A stretch of DNA of 60,550 bases, counting the filler. It is 6 parts of 6 records of this genome, joined end to end, with 100 filler letters (N's around TTAATTAATTAA, not from the genome) between each part and the next. Parts side by side here need not be neighbours in the genome. Positions count along the whole stretch, not along the records: positions 1 to 5,969 come from DRR723986_7873; positions 6,070 to 14,299 come from DRR723986_7874; 4 more parts are not named here. One strand, 5' to 3'. The notes below the pieces were generated by a model. It was not told the origin of the DNA and did not search any database. It worked only from the letters and a program-made list of their open reading frames with translations. Of the stretch, positions 1-10,617 are shown in pieces; position 1 is the stretch's first letter; each line of letters starts with the position of its first letter. Both the position numbers and the translations under genes were made by a program.

Positions 1-385
1 TCGGATCGGTGCCGTCGGTCGGGTCGGTGCTGTCCGTCGAATCGCCGCTCGATCCGTCCCCCGACATTGCCGCGAGGGCGAGCCCCCCGAGAGCCGAACC
101 CAGGGCCGCGACGGCGTCGTCCGGCATGGCGAGGCCGAGCCCCGCTGCCTCTTCGTCGATGACCTCCTCGCCAGAGACCCCCGTGTAGGCTCCATCCGCG
201 AACATCAAGCGATGCACTGCCCCGCCCTCTGCCGGGGCATAGAAACCCGTCACGCGAATCGTGTCGCCAGAGGCCGTTTCGACCACAAGATCCTGTCCCG
301 CGCGCAGATAGCGTGAGACGTCACCGGCATTGACCGGGAGTGTGACAGCCTGCGCCGGTCCGGCCGCAAGTACGGAGTTTGCCAT
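1..385 (-). CDS. N-terminus of large secreted adhesin/surface protein, BapA prefix-like domain (partial, runs off window start)
   Basis: Manual translation from ATG at 385 (AGGA upstream): MANSVLAAGPAQAVTLPVNAGDVSRYLRAGQDLVVETASGDTIRVTGFY..., then a hydrophobic GLALAAM stretch and the start of S/T/D/P repeats (DSTDSTDPTDGTDP). Not in the ORF track because no stop lies inside the window. Confidence 0.7.
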   Translation of the reverse strand, partial: MANSVLAAGPAQAVTLPVNAGDVSRYLRAGQDLVVETASGDTIRVTGFYAPAEGGAVHRLMFADGAYTGVSGEEVIDEEAAGLGLAMPDDAVAALGSALGGLALAAMSGDGSSGDSTDSTDPTDGTDP

Positions 386-550
386 CGTATCGTTTCCTGT
401 TCAGGTGGGTCTGGCGGCGGCCCTGGGCCCGACACTCAGAATATCTTTCGTATGTATATGACCATACTATTGTATGTGATTGTGTCAATCGTATGTTTTG
501 GAAACAAAATTCCCTGTACATGAGGATTGATCGACCCGAGCCGGTTTGAC

Positions 551-2653
551 ATGGTCGCACCGACCGGGCGCGCCTCTCGGGGGGCATCGAAACGCCCTTT
601 CCCCAAAAGGCGGCAGCCCCAGCGCGGAGGGTCAGGCTTGGACAGGACAGACAAGGACGACGCGGTCCGGGCCAGCCATCCGGCGCCCTCCGACCCGTCC
701 AACGCCGCGCTTCCCGAAGGGGTGAGCGCGTCCTATCGGCCCGTCCTCCAGACGCTGGCGAGGCTCATCGCGTCGGACCGCCGGGCCGTCCTGCTGGCCA
801 GCGAGTCCGGAGAAGCCCTGCTTGCCAACGGGCCGGCAAAGCGCCTTGGGCTGGATCGCGACCTGCGCGACCGCCTCGACTGGGCCGAGCGCTGCACGGT
901 CGCGAAACGCGCCGGAACCGCGCCCGTCTCGATCACCGCAGAGGGGGTGGCGCTGGAAGGCGAGGTGGTTCTGCTGCCGCTTGGTCCGGCCGCCGGCTTC
1001 TATCTCAGACTGTCCGAGACCGACGACGAAGCGCTCTGGCTGCGGAACCGCGCGCGCGCCGCGACCCTGCTGCGCGTCACCCATGACCTGCGGACGCCGA
1101 TCCAGTCGCTGCTGGCCAGCGCGGAAACCATGGTTCAGCAGAAGGAACAGAGCGAAGAGGGCCTCGACCGGCTGAGACGGGCGGCCGCCCTGTCGCTGGA
1201 CCACATCAGCAACGTGCTTGCGGTGATCCGCGGGGAGCAAAGCGCCGCCGCGGCCCGTCCGGACGAGCCGTTCTCGCTGGCCGAGGAGCTGCGGCAGATG
1301 ATCGAGGTCATTCGCCCCATCGCCGACCGGAGCGGGACGAGCCTCGGCCTCAGCCTGCCTCCCGAAGACGACGCCTGCGTCACAGGGCCCGTGCGCTTCG
1401 TCCGCGCCCTGTCGCAGAACATGATCGACAATGCCGTCAAGCACGGGGGCGAGGCGATCGAAGTGCTGCTGACCACCTCCCGTCTGCGCGCCGGCATCGA
1501 AGACCTGCCCGACGACGAGCAGCGGCTTCAGATCACGCTGGAGGTTCGGGACCTTGGCGGCGGCCTTCCGCAGTCCCAGAAGGACCGGCTGAGGCAGGCC
1601 ATGGGTCAGGCCGGCAGCGCCACGACGGCGCCACCGGCAGCACAAACGCGCCCCTCCGGCGGCATGAATGTTCTGGCCCATGCGCTTACCCAGCTTGGCG
1701 GCCATCTGGACATTCTGGACCGCGGTGTCGACGGGACGCCGGTCCGCGCGGCGGGCGAGGCGGTGATCGGCACCATCCTGCGTGCGGTCTTCTCGCTGCC
1801 CGCGGCGGAGCGCGCCGATACGGTCTTCGAACAGGATGACGCACAGGACACCGGCACCCTCTTGGCGGGCGCCTCTGTTCTGGTGGTCGAGGACAGTCCC
1901 GCCAGTCAGGCATGGCTCAGCCACGTCTTGCAGTCCGCCGGCGCAGAGGTGCGCGTGGCGGGCAGCGGCGCCGCCGCCCTGTCCTTTCTGGAGCATCGCG
2001 CCGACACCCGGTTCGACCTTGTCCTGTCCGATGTGACCCTGCCGCAGATGAACGGTGTCGAGCTGGCGCGGCGCATCACCGCCGGGATCGCGACGGGCAT
2101 CATCACCCCGGCCCCGCGCATCGTCGGGCTGACGGCCCATATCGACGAGCGGATCCGCGAATCCTGCCTCGCGGCCGGAATGCAGCGCGTTCTGGAAAAG
2201 CCGATCCGCCCCGGTCCCCTTTGCCATGCGATTCGGGATGCGCTCGATTCGGAAAGCCGGACGGCGCAGAGGACCAAGGTCGGCGGCACGAGAAAGAAGC
2301 CGGGGCGGCCGCCGCGACAGGATCCCGGCGCCGTTCTGAACGACAGCGTGGTGTCCGAACTCGTGGCCGGGCTTGGGGCAGAGGGCGCGCGGCGATACAT
2401 GTCGCGGGCCCTGTCAGAGGCCAGCACCGCGCTGGTCAGCCTGAAGGCCAATGGCGTCACCGACCGCACGGATTGCATGTTGCACGCCGCCACCGGGGCC
2501 TGCGGGCTGACCGGTTTGTCCCTTTTGGACAACAGCATGCGGACACTGGAAGATTCGGTGAAGGCGGGCAAGACAGAGCTGTCCGCCGACATGGCCCGGG
2601 TGACGGATGCGCTGACTCGCACGTCAAAGGCGATTGCCGCTCTCGGTGATTGA
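551..2653 (+). CDS. Soluble hybrid sensor histidine kinase (HisKA-HATPase-REC-Hpt)
   Basis: H-box VTHDLRTPI, N-box NMIDNAVKH, G1 DLGGGL, receiver VLVVED...DLVLSD..LP.MNG...LTA...KP, C-terminal Hpt-like LHAATGACG. Start uncertain. Confidence 0.9.
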   Translation: MVAPTGRASRGASKRPFPKRRQPQRGGSGLDRTDKDDAVRASHPAPSDPSNAALPEGVSASYRPVLQTLARLIASDRRAVLLASESGEALLANGPAKRLGLDRDLRDRLDWAERCTVAKRAGTAPVSITAEGVALEGEVVLLPLGPAAGFYLRLSETDDEALWLRNRARAATLLRVTHDLRTPIQSLLASAETMVQQKEQSEEGLDRLRRAAALSLDHISNVLAVIRGEQSAAAARPDEPFSLAEELRQMIEVIRPIADRSGTSLGLSLPPEDDACVTGPVRFVRALSQNMIDNAVKHGGEAIEVLLTTSRLRAGIEDLPDDEQRLQITLEVRDLGGGLPQSQKDRLRQAMGQAGSATTAPPAAQTRPSGGMNVLAHALTQLGGHLDILDRGVDGTPVRAAGEAVIGTILRAVFSLPAAERADTVFEQDDAQDTGTLLAGASVLVVEDSPASQAWLSHVLQSAGAEVRVAGSGAAALSFLEHRADTRFDLVLSDVTLPQMNGVELARRITAGIATGIITPAPRIVGLTAHIDERIRESCLAAGMQRVLEKPIRPGPLCHAIRDALDSESRTAQRTKVGGTRKKPGRPPRQDPGAVLNDSVVSELVAGLGAEGARRYMSRALSEASTALVSLKANGVTDRTDCMLHAATGACGLTGLSLLDNSMRTLEDSVKAGKTELSADMARVTDALTRTSKAIAALGD

Positions 2654-2819
2654 TCCCTGCGTGCGTTGACGCAAGGTTCCGGAGGGGCAGGTGTCAGTCC
2701 CGTCGTGATTCTGAGAATTTTAATCTACTTACGTGACGAACAGTAAGGCATGCGGCATGCTGGCGGTCCGACATGGACGGATTCGCCCCTCCGAATGCAG
2801 TGAGTGCGAAGGTAGAGAC

Positions 2820-3458
2820 ATGGTATCTGAGGAAGCCACCCCGATCAGGATCCTGATCGCAGACGATCACGCGATGGTCCTGGAGATGTTCGAGCAATTC
2901 ATCTCGGGCGTGCCCGACGTGACCGCAATGACGGCCCCGGATCTGGAGACCGCCCTCGACATCATCGACCGCGAAGGCGCCTTCGACCTCGTGCTTGTCG
3001 ATCTCAACATGCCCGGCATGAACGGCACCGAAGGTCTGCGCAAGGCCATCGAGCGCAACGGCGGCAAACCCGTGGCGCTGCTGACCAGCAACCCGCCGGC
3101 CCATCTGGTGCCCGAGGTGCTGGACCTCGGCGGCGCGGGCTTCGTGCTCAAGACGACCTCCCTGCGCAGTTTCTACAACGAAGTGCGCTTCATGGCCGCC
3201 GGTGAGCGTTACATCCCGGTCGAGCTGATCGAGCGCAAGCGCGTGCTTCCCCGGGAACAAAGCATCGTCCCCCTGTCGGAACGCGAGATGGACGTGCTGG
3301 CCGAACTCTCCGAAGGAAAGTCGAACCGCGACATCGGCGACGCGCTCGGCCTGAAGGAAGCGACGGTGAAGATGCATGTGAAGGCAGTCTGCACCAAGCT
3401 CGAGGCCAACAACCGCACGCAGGCGGTGATCGCGGCGCGCGAGCTGAACCTGATCTGA
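2820..3458 (+). CDS. NarL/LuxR-family response regulator
   Basis: ILIADDH...DLVLVDLNMPGMNG receiver plus LSEREMDVL...GKSNRDIG..L...TVKMHV HTH. Confidence 0.95.
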   Translation: MVSEEATPIRILIADDHAMVLEMFEQFISGVPDVTAMTAPDLETALDIIDREGAFDLVLVDLNMPGMNGTEGLRKAIERNGGKPVALLTSNPPAHLVPEVLDLGGAGFVLKTTSLRSFYNEVRFMAAGERYIPVELIERKRVLPREQSIVPLSEREMDVLAELSEGKSNRDIGDALGLKEATVKMHVKAVCTKLEANNRTQAVIAARELNLI

Positions 3459-3527
3459 CGACGCCGCACCCTCGGGCAGAAAATACCCCCGAAAGTATGT
3501 ATCTCCACCCCGATATGCCCTAAACCG

Positions 3528-3556
3528 TCAGAGGGGCGCCGCGCGCGCCCCTCTGA
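3528..3556. repeat. 12-bp perfect inverted repeat (hairpin) between response regulator and glycosyltransferase
   Basis: TCAGAGGGGCGC-N5-GCGCCCCTCTGA; no U-tract. Confidence 0.6.
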
Positions 3557-3582
3557 TGCGTTTTCGAGCGGGGACCCGGGCC

Positions 3583-4824
3583 ATGGCCAAACCAGTGATC
3601 GTCTTTGCGGGGGCCGTCTATCCCGGACAGTTCGGGGGCCTGTGCGATTATCTGCGCGCGGCGGGACTGGCAGAGACCTATTTCCTGACCACACCGGGCC
3701 ATCAGGCGAAGAATGCCCACCGGGGAAAGCACATCCTCGGGTTCCAGCCCGACGGCCCGGTGACGGGCGAGCAGCGGTACTACTACACCGCAAAGCTGGA
3801 ACGATCGGCCCATATCAGCCGGGGCCTGCTGTCGGCGCTGCAACAGTTCCAGAGCCGCAAGGCAATCGACGTGGTCGTGACCCACTCGCTTTGGGGCGCG
3901 CCGCATTTCCTCTACGACGAGATCGACGCGGCCATCGTCAGCTACATCGAGTTTCCCAGCTTCCGCGCGCATGGCTGGGATCCCGACTACCCGCCGGACC
4001 AGTCGCAACGCATGGTCGACCGCAACACCGAGATGCTGAACTTTCATCAGGCGCTGCGCAGCGACCTCGTGATCTGTCCCAGCCATCACGCCAAATCCAT
4101 GTTCCCGGAACCGCTGCAGGGCAATATCGAGGTGCAGCTGGAAGGCTTCGCCTTCGAGGACACCCGAATGCCTCAACCGAAGGAACGCTCCGGCCCGCCG
4201 ACCATCGGCTTTTCCGCCCGCGACCTGTCGAATGCCAAGGGGTTCGACACCTACGTGCGGCTGGTCGACAGGCTGGTGGACCGGGGGCTGAAGGCGAAGT
4301 TCGTGGCGCTTGGCGGCAGCGGGGGCAGCACCTACGGCTATGAACAGCAATGGGTTCAGCGCAAGTACGCGGGCGCGGTCGCCAGTTTTCGCGACCACCT
4401 GCTGAAGACCTATCCGCGCGCCGCCGAAGTCATCGAATTCCCGGGCAAGCTGCCCTACGAGGCCTTCGTGGCGAAGCTTTCGGAGATCGACATCTTTCTC
4501 TACCCGCTGCGTTTCGGCGTCGCGAACTGGGGACTGGTCGAGATCCTCGGGCGCGGCGGCTGCGTGCTGGCGCCGGACCGGGGCTATCCCGCCGAACTGA
4601 TTCAGGACGACGTGAACGGGCGGCTTTTGCCCGACGACGACGACGCGTGGATCGGCGAGATCACCGCCCTTGCAGAGGACCCCGGGCGGCGCTTTCGCTA
4701 CGGTCAGGCGGCCTGCGCCCGCGCGCGGCTGCTCTACAGCCTGCAGGCGGTGGCGCCGCGCTATCTGAGCCTCTTCCGCCGCGCCATGGAGAAGCGGCAG
4801 GCGCGTCTCAGAAACGGGTCGTGA
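3583..4824 (+). CDS. GT-B glycosyltransferase (family 4-like)
   Basis: N-terminal YPGQF motif, H..WG, ARDL...KGFD, C-terminal WGLVE...G..VLA...ELIQDDVNGRL. Confidence 0.85.
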   Translation: MAKPVIVFAGAVYPGQFGGLCDYLRAAGLAETYFLTTPGHQAKNAHRGKHILGFQPDGPVTGEQRYYYTAKLERSAHISRGLLSALQQFQSRKAIDVVVTHSLWGAPHFLYDEIDAAIVSYIEFPSFRAHGWDPDYPPDQSQRMVDRNTEMLNFHQALRSDLVICPSHHAKSMFPEPLQGNIEVQLEGFAFEDTRMPQPKERSGPPTIGFSARDLSNAKGFDTYVRLVDRLVDRGLKAKFVALGGSGGSTYGYEQQWVQRKYAGAVASFRDHLLKTYPRAAEVIEFPGKLPYEAFVAKLSEIDIFLYPLRFGVANWGLVEILGRGGCVLAPDRGYPAELIQDDVNGRLLPDDDDAWIGEITALAEDPGRRFRYGQAACARARLLYSLQAVAPRYLSLFRRAMEKRQARLRNGS

Positions 4825-5969
4825 AGCTGAGGCCGAAGGCCTGCGTCTTGTCGCCGGCCTCATCGCGCAGGGGCGAGGCGACATAAAGCGAGACGGGCGT
4901 GTTGGCGACCTCGAACGTCAGGGACAGCCCGGCGCTGGCCCGCGTGTGCCAACCGTCGTCGATGGCACCCGACAGGGTGTCGTCCAGCCCCCACGCGCTG
5001 CCCGCCTCGACGAACAGCCCCGCCTGCATCGGCAGCGAGAGCAGCTTGCCGATGTCGCGCTGCACCTCGACAGAGCCGACGAGGTAGCGGTTGCCGCCAA
5101 GATGATCGTCTCCGTCCCTCGGACCGATGCCGCGCGGCGCGAAGCCGCGAAACGTGTCGGCGCCGGGGAAGTAGCGGTCGATGGCGCGCGTGTCGTTGCC
5201 GTTCAGCCCGGTGACGCTGCCCGCGCGCAGCGCACCCAGCAGGCGGTAGGCCCCGGCGAAGGGCCGCGTCACGCTGGCCTCGAGACGGGCGTCGGACAGG
5301 GCCTCTCCGGTGCCGATGTTCCACAGGTAGTGATCCAGCCGCAGCCCGTATTCCAGCGCCTGCGCGCTTTCAGCGCCACCACCGGAGTAGACGGCACTCA
5401 TGCGCAGGTAAGGCGCGGAAATCTCGTCGGTTTCCTCGCGCAAGAGCAACGCGCTGGCGCCGTCCTCCACGTCGTACATGCGATGGCTGCGCCACCCCAG
5501 CCCAAGCTCCAGCCGCGCGCCCTCTGTCGGGGTCCATGCCACGAAGGGTTCCGCGCGGATCCCTTGCTCGGAATAGCGGGTCTCGTCCAGGGACGCCTCG
5601 CGCGCGACGAGGTCGATGCCGAAATCGAGGGTCTCGGAAAAGGCATCGGCGCGGTAGAGATGCGCCTCCAGCGCCGTCACCTCGGAATTGAACGACAGGT
5701 TCAGCGCGCCGTAGGTACCGGGAAAGAGGTTGTACTGCTCGAAGGACAGCTCTCCCACCACGCCCGCATCAGAGACATAGGACACCGCCGCCTCGATCCG
5801 GCCCGGGCGGTCGTCGACCTCGGCCACGTCGATCACCAGCGCCCCGCCCTCGGGATACAGGCTGACCGCCTCGAAGACCCCGGTCGACATCAGGCAATCC
5901 TCGATCGCGCGCAATTCGTAGTCGGCATAGTCCACGCCGGGCATGGCGCCGCAGGTCATGCGGATGTCT
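4808..5969 (-). CDS. Omp85/BamA-family outer-membrane beta-barrel (5' partial)
   Basis: One POTRA-like segment, FEQYNLF, loop-6 motif FRGFAPRGIGP, LGGNRYLVGSVE, C-terminal F. Confidence 0.85.
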
Positions 5970-6069
5970 NNNNNNNNNNNNNNNNNNNNNNNNNNNNNNN
6001 NNNNNNNNNNNNNTTAATTAATTAANNNNNNNNNNNNNNNNNNNNNNNNNNNNNNNNNNNNNNNNNNNN
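5970..6069. other. Artificial contig linker
   Basis: N-run with central TTAATTAATTAA (stops in all six frames). Confidence 0.99.
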
Positions 6070-7059
6070 CTGGCGGGTGCGGATCTGCACCTCCACCCGC
6101 TTGCCATCCCGCCCGGAGACCGTGGTGTGGATCGACCGGTACCCGTTGGTCTTGGGCTGGCTGATGTAATCCTTGAACCGGCCGGGCACCGCAAACCAAC
6201 GGCGGTGGATCGTGCCCAAGGTCCGGTAACAATCCTCTTCGGTATCCGTAATAATCCGAAAGCCGTAGATGTCGGAGAGCCGGCTAAAGCTCAGCTCTTT
6301 TTCCTGCATCTTGCGCCATATCGAATAGGGCTTTTTGGCGCGGCCAAACACATCCGCCTCAATCCCCGCCTGTTCCAGTTCATGGCGCATGTCGCCGGTG
6401 ATCCGCTGGATCACATCGCCGGTCTCGCGCTGCAAGGTGATGAAACGGCGGATGATGCTGGCACGGCCCTCGGGGTTGAGCACACGAAACGCCAGATCCT
6501 CCAGCTCTTCGCGCATCCACTGCATCCCCATGCGGCCCGCAAGTGGCGCATAGATATCCATGGTCTCGCGCGCCTTTTGCACCTGTTTCTCGGGGCGCAT
6601 GGATTTGATCGTGCGCATGTTGTGCAGACGGTCCGCCAGCTTGACCAGAATCACCCGCAGGTCTTTGGACATCGCCATAAAAAGCTTGCGAAAGTTCTCG
6701 GCCTGTTTGGTCTGGGTCGAATTCAGTTGCAGATTGGTCAGCTTGGTCACACCATCGACCAGCTCAGCCACCTCGTTGCCAAACAGCTTCTCAACCTCGC
6801 CGTAAGACGCAGGCGTGTCTTCGATGGTGTCATGCAACAACGCGGTGATGATCGTGGCATCGTCCAGCTGCTGTTCGGTCAGGATCGCGGCAACAGAGAC
6901 GGGGTGGGTGAAATAGGCCTCACCCGAATGGCGGAATTGCCCCTCGTGCATTTCGGCCCCATAGTCAAAGGCCGCACGGATCAGTTTTTCATTTGTCTTT
7001 GGATTGTAGCCCTGAACAAGGGCTACAAGATCATCGGCAGTGATTTCGGCGGTGTCCAT
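6070..7059 (-). CDS. spoT: RelA/SpoT (p)ppGpp synthetase/hydrolase (3' truncated by contig end)
   Basis: HEGQFRHSGEAYFTHP, LLHDTIED, KLADRLHNMRT, KDYISQPKTNGYRSIHT; directly downstream of rpoZ. Confidence 0.97.
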
Positions 7060-7096
7060 GCCTGCTGCCTTCTTAGCGCCCAGAGGCGCGCGGGCC

Positions 7097-7450
7097 TTAG
7101 CCCTGCCCCTGTGCAGCCATCAACTGGCGCAGCAACATTTCTTCGGACATGCTGTCTTCTTCGGGCTTGTCCTGCTCGGCACCCATCAGAAGCGCCATTG
7201 CGTCCTCTTCGGGTTCATCAACCTCGATCTGGTTCTGATTGCTTTCGATCAGACGCTCGCGCAAATCATCCGCAGACTGGGTTTCATCCGCAATCTCGCG
7301 CAGGGAAACAACGGGGTTCTTGTCGTTGTCGCGGTCCACGGTCACGGCGGACCCGGCAGAGATTTCACGCGCACGATGCGCCGCAAGCATCACCAGCTCA
7401 AAGCGGTTTGGAACTTTATCAACACAATCTTCTACGGTGACGCGGGCCAT
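7097..7450 (-). CDS. rpoZ: RNA polymerase omega subunit
   Basis: [28 protein letters not shown]. Confidence 0.98.
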   Translation of the reverse strand: MARVTVEDCVDKVPNRFELVMLAAHRAREISAGSAVTVDRDNDKNPVVSLREIADETQSADDLRERLIESNQNQIEVDEPEEDAMALLMGAEQDKPEEDSMSEEMLLRQLMAAQGQG

Positions 7451-7523
7451 GGAATACTCCGTTCAGTCTATCGGATCTCAGAAGTCAGGCTATCTAGGCC
7501 TCTTTTATACGAGATACAAGCCG

Positions 7524-8135
7524 CTATTGACAGAGCCGGACCTCTAATTTGTCCGCTTCCGGCAGGGCATCCAGCATCTGTGCAACAGTGATCCCGAGGA
7601 TCGGATGCACCCAGTCCGGCACGATCTCTGCCAAAGGCACCAAAACAAAGGCCCGGTCCTGCATCCGAGGATGCGGCAGGATCAACCGGTCCGGCGTGCT
7701 GCCCACCTGTGTCTCAAGCGGCATATCGCGCCATGTGGCGTGGGTTCGCAGATCCGGCAGGACCGTGTCGCCATAGGCGATCATGTCCAGATCCATCGTG
7801 CGCTGGCCCCACCGTTGCACCCTCTCGCGGCCCAGTTCAGCTTCGATCTCATGCAGCACCGCCAGTGTCTCATCGGCACTCCATGGCACGGCTATCTCGG
7901 CGGTTGCATTAATATAGTCAGGTCCAGCCCCTGCGGGAAACGCCGGAGTGTGATACAATGAACTTGTTTTTCGAATCACTGCCCCGCGTTTTTTTAGGGC
8001 TTCAAACGCCGCCAGCGTGGTCTCGACTGGCGTTCCAATGGATGACGTCAGGTTACCCCCAAGTGCAATTAGGACCAATTGATCTGAATTAAGCTGATTC
8101 CCGCCGTTTTCTTTGTGTTCTCGGTCTTGCAGCAT
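7524..8135 (-). CDS. folK: 2-amino-4-hydroxy-6-hydroxymethyldihydropteridine diphosphokinase
   Basis: IALGGNL, RWGQRTMDLD, LPHPRMQDRAFVLVPL. Confidence 0.95.
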   Translation of the reverse strand: MLQDREHKENGGNQLNSDQLVLIALGGNLTSSIGTPVETTLAAFEALKKRGAVIRKTSSLYHTPAFPAGAGPDYINATAEIAVPWSADETLAVLHEIEAELGRERVQRWGQRTMDLDMIAYGDTVLPDLRTHATWRDMPLETQVGSTPDRLILPHPRMQDRAFVLVPLAEIVPDWVHPILGITVAQMLDALPEADKLEVRLCQ

Positions 8136-8262
8136 GGTCAAAAATCCTTAGGAATGCGCCCCGGCCAATCGGGCGAGAATACTTCGGTCACGTACTGTTC
8201 TCATAAGCTACCTGCACATTGGATCAACAGCATGAGTGGCGGCACCGCCGAAAGGAAATCAA

Positions 8263-8817
8263 ATGTTTTACAAGGATGAGCGTCTGGCGCTGTTCATTGA
8301 CGGCTCAAACCTCTACGCAGCGGCCAAGACGCTAGGCTTTGACATCGACTATAAATTGCTGCGTCAGGAATTTGTCCGCCGCGGCAAGATGCTGCGTGCT
8401 TTCTACTATACCGCGCTGCTGGAGAACGATGAATATTCCCCGATCCGCCCATTGGTGGACTGGCTGAACTACAACGGGTTCACCATGGTGACCAAACCGG
8501 CCAAAGAATACACCGACAGCATGGGCCGTCGCCGGGTCAAGGGCAACATGGACATCGAACTGGCCGTGAATGCGATGGAGCTGGCACCGCATGTGGATCA
8601 CATCGTGATCTTCTCGGGCGATGGCGATTTTCGCCCCCTGGTCGAAAGCCTGCAACGGCAGGGCGTACGCGTATCGGTTGTATCCACCATTCGCAGCCAA
8701 CCACCGATGATTTCAGATGACCTGCGCCGCCAGGCCGACAATTTCATCGAACTCGAAGACCTCAAAGATGTCATTGGCCGCCCCCCGCGTGAGCCGCTGG
8801 CCGAATCCGACAGCTGA
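8263..8817 (+). CDS. NYN/LabA (DUF88) PIN-like domain protein
   Basis: FIDGSNLY, KGNMDIELAV, SGDGDF, LRRQADNF; usual position divergent from folK. Confidence 0.93.
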   Translation: MFYKDERLALFIDGSNLYAAAKTLGFDIDYKLLRQEFVRRGKMLRAFYYTALLENDEYSPIRPLVDWLNYNGFTMVTKPAKEYTDSMGRRRVKGNMDIELAVNAMELAPHVDHIVIFSGDGDFRPLVESLQRQGVRVSVVSTIRSQPPMISDDLRRQADNFIELEDLKDVIGRPPREPLAESDS

Positions 8818-8837
8818 TCAAAACTAAGTCATTGAAA

Positions 8838-8875
8838 AAACGCGCCAGAGGCGGATAAATGCCCCTGGCGCGTTT
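8838..8875 (+). terminator. Rho-independent terminator-like hairpin
   Basis: AAACGCGCCAG...CTGGCGCGTTT after the NYN stop. Confidence 0.65.
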
Positions 8876-8997
8876 GCGTGCTAAAATAAGTCGGGAAAAA
8901 ATCGCCGTACATTTCTGTGCGACGCCCTATTAAGAATATACATATTTACAACCCCCACGCGACCCCCCGAAATCGGGGGAGGGAGATATTAAACAGA

Positions 8998-9717
8998 ATG
9001 CTTGTTGACCAAGCGACCCGACTGGAACAGATCCAGTGTACAGATGCATTGTGGCTTGGCGTGGTGGAAACCTTCGCCAAAGCCGGGCTTGACCATGCGG
9101 TCTACCTGACCGTGGGCGCCAATTTTGACGCGCCGTTTATGCGCAGTACGATCCCCGGTCTCTATGAAAACTATCCCCCTGAACGTGATCCGTTCCTGCG
9201 CCATTCCTGCACCAGCTACGACATCCTGACCCTGGGTGCCGCCTATATCGACAGCCACCCCTATGTAAACGAAACCGAACGCGCCTTTGTCGAACGGGCA
9301 GCAACAGCCGGGCTGAATGCCGGGCTGGGCATTCCCGTGCGCCTCAAAGGATTTGACCGGTTTGGTGGTTTCATTCTGGGCAATGATCAGGATCGCGCGG
9401 GCTTTGATGCCGATATCCTGCCCCGCGCGGATGAATTGCGTCTGTTCTGCCACCTGATGCATCGCCGATTCGAAGATCTGGCCGCAGAGGCGGCGATGCC
9501 TTTGCCTCAGGAATTTGACACCCTCAGCCCGCGCGAGCGGGAAATTGTGCTGCTGCTTGCCCGCGGCTGTAGCAGACAGGAAGCGGCCGAGATCTGTTCG
9601 ATTTCTGTGCATACTGTGTCGGACTATGCCAAAACGGCCTATCGCAAGCTTGGCGTGAACAATCGCGCTCAAGCCGCCGCGCTGCTGCACGCGGCGGCCA
9701 CGGGCGGTCGCGGTTAA
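8998..9717 (+). CDS. LuxR-family regulator (autoinducer-binding-like domain + HTH), LuxR solo
   Basis: RDPF motif, GLGIPV, C-terminal LSPREREIV...G.S..E.A....IS..TV..Y...AYRKLGV.NRAQA. Confidence 0.85.
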   Translation: MLVDQATRLEQIQCTDALWLGVVETFAKAGLDHAVYLTVGANFDAPFMRSTIPGLYENYPPERDPFLRHSCTSYDILTLGAAYIDSHPYVNETERAFVERAATAGLNAGLGIPVRLKGFDRFGGFILGNDQDRAGFDADILPRADELRLFCHLMHRRFEDLAAEAAMPLPQEFDTLSPREREIVLLLARGCSRQEAAEICSISVHTVSDYAKTAYRKLGVNNRAQAAALLHAAATGGRG

Positions 9718-10598
9718 GCCGCCACTTTGCCGATCGTCGTGGCCGCTGCCGGGCGGCGCAAGGCGTATTGTCCGGCAATCACACTGGCCAAGACGATGAC
9801 CATGCCAATGGCCTGACCGGGCGTCAGCGTCTCGGACACAAACAGCCACCCTAGAACCGTCGCACTGATTGGGCTGAGCAGGCCCAGCACCGAAACCGCC
9901 GCCGGCTGCAACCGCGCGATGCCGCGCAGCCAGAGGACATAAGTCAGCGCCGCACCAATCAGACCAAGATACCCAAGCCCGATAAGATTGCTCAGGGTCA
10001 GCGTTGACCAATCCGTTTCTGCAAAGGGCGCGAATGGTAGCAAAAGCAATCCACCCGCGGTCAATTGCCACGCCGTGAAGGTGAGGGCAGGCACGGGCGG
10101 CTGCCATTTACGGCTCAGCACCGTGCCCAGCGCCATGGAGGCGGAGCCTATGATCCCCGCCAGCACGCCCAGGGCGTCCAGCTTTGCCTCGGGCGTCAGG
10201 ATCAACAAGGCCACCCCAAAAACACCGGCCCCGATGGCGAGCAATGACAGAGGCCGGATCGCAGTGCCCAACAGCCCGCGTGCCGCGAAAATCACGATAA
10301 ACGGCTGCAACGCCCCCATCACCGCCGCCACTCCGCCCGGCAGGCGGTAGGCCGCAAAGAACAGCAAGCTCCAGAAAATGGCGAAGTTCAGCGCACCCAG
10401 AACCAGCATGCGCGGCACCCAAATACCCTGTGGCAATTGCCGCACCACCATCAACAACAAAAGCCCCGCAGGCAAAGCCCTGAGAAGGGAGATCGTCAAA
10501 GGATCGAGGTTCGGCAGAAATTGAGTGGTGACAATATAGCTGCTGCCCCAAATCGCCGGAGCCAAAGCCGTGAGAAACAGATCATGAGAGCGGGTCAT
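9714..10598 (-). CDS. pecM: EamA/DMT exporter, PecM-like
   Basis: LTALAPAIWGSSYIVTT...RALPAGLLLL...AYRLPGGVAA; divergent from a MarR gene. Confidence 0.85.
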   Translation of the reverse strand: MTRSHDLFLTALAPAIWGSSYIVTTQFLPNLDPLTISLLRALPAGLLLLMVVRQLPQGIWVPRMLVLGALNFAIFWSLLFFAAYRLPGGVAAVMGALQPFIVIFAARGLLGTAIRPLSLLAIGAGVFGVALLILTPEAKLDALGVLAGIIGSASMALGTVLSRKWQPPVPALTFTAWQLTAGGLLLLPFAPFAETDWSTLTLSNLIGLGYLGLIGAALTYVLWLRGIARLQPAAVSVLGLLSPISATVLGWLFVSETLTPGQAIGMVIVLASVIAGQYALRRPAAATTIGKVAA

Positions 10599-10617
10599 GG
10601 TCAAAGGCCTTTCATTA

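Noticed and set aside
632-2227. Long antisense ORFs (e.g. 531 aa here; also 3520-4884, 38539-39774, 54926-56374)
   Set aside because: They are shadows of real genes on the opposite strand in GC-rich DNA and have no recognisable motifs.
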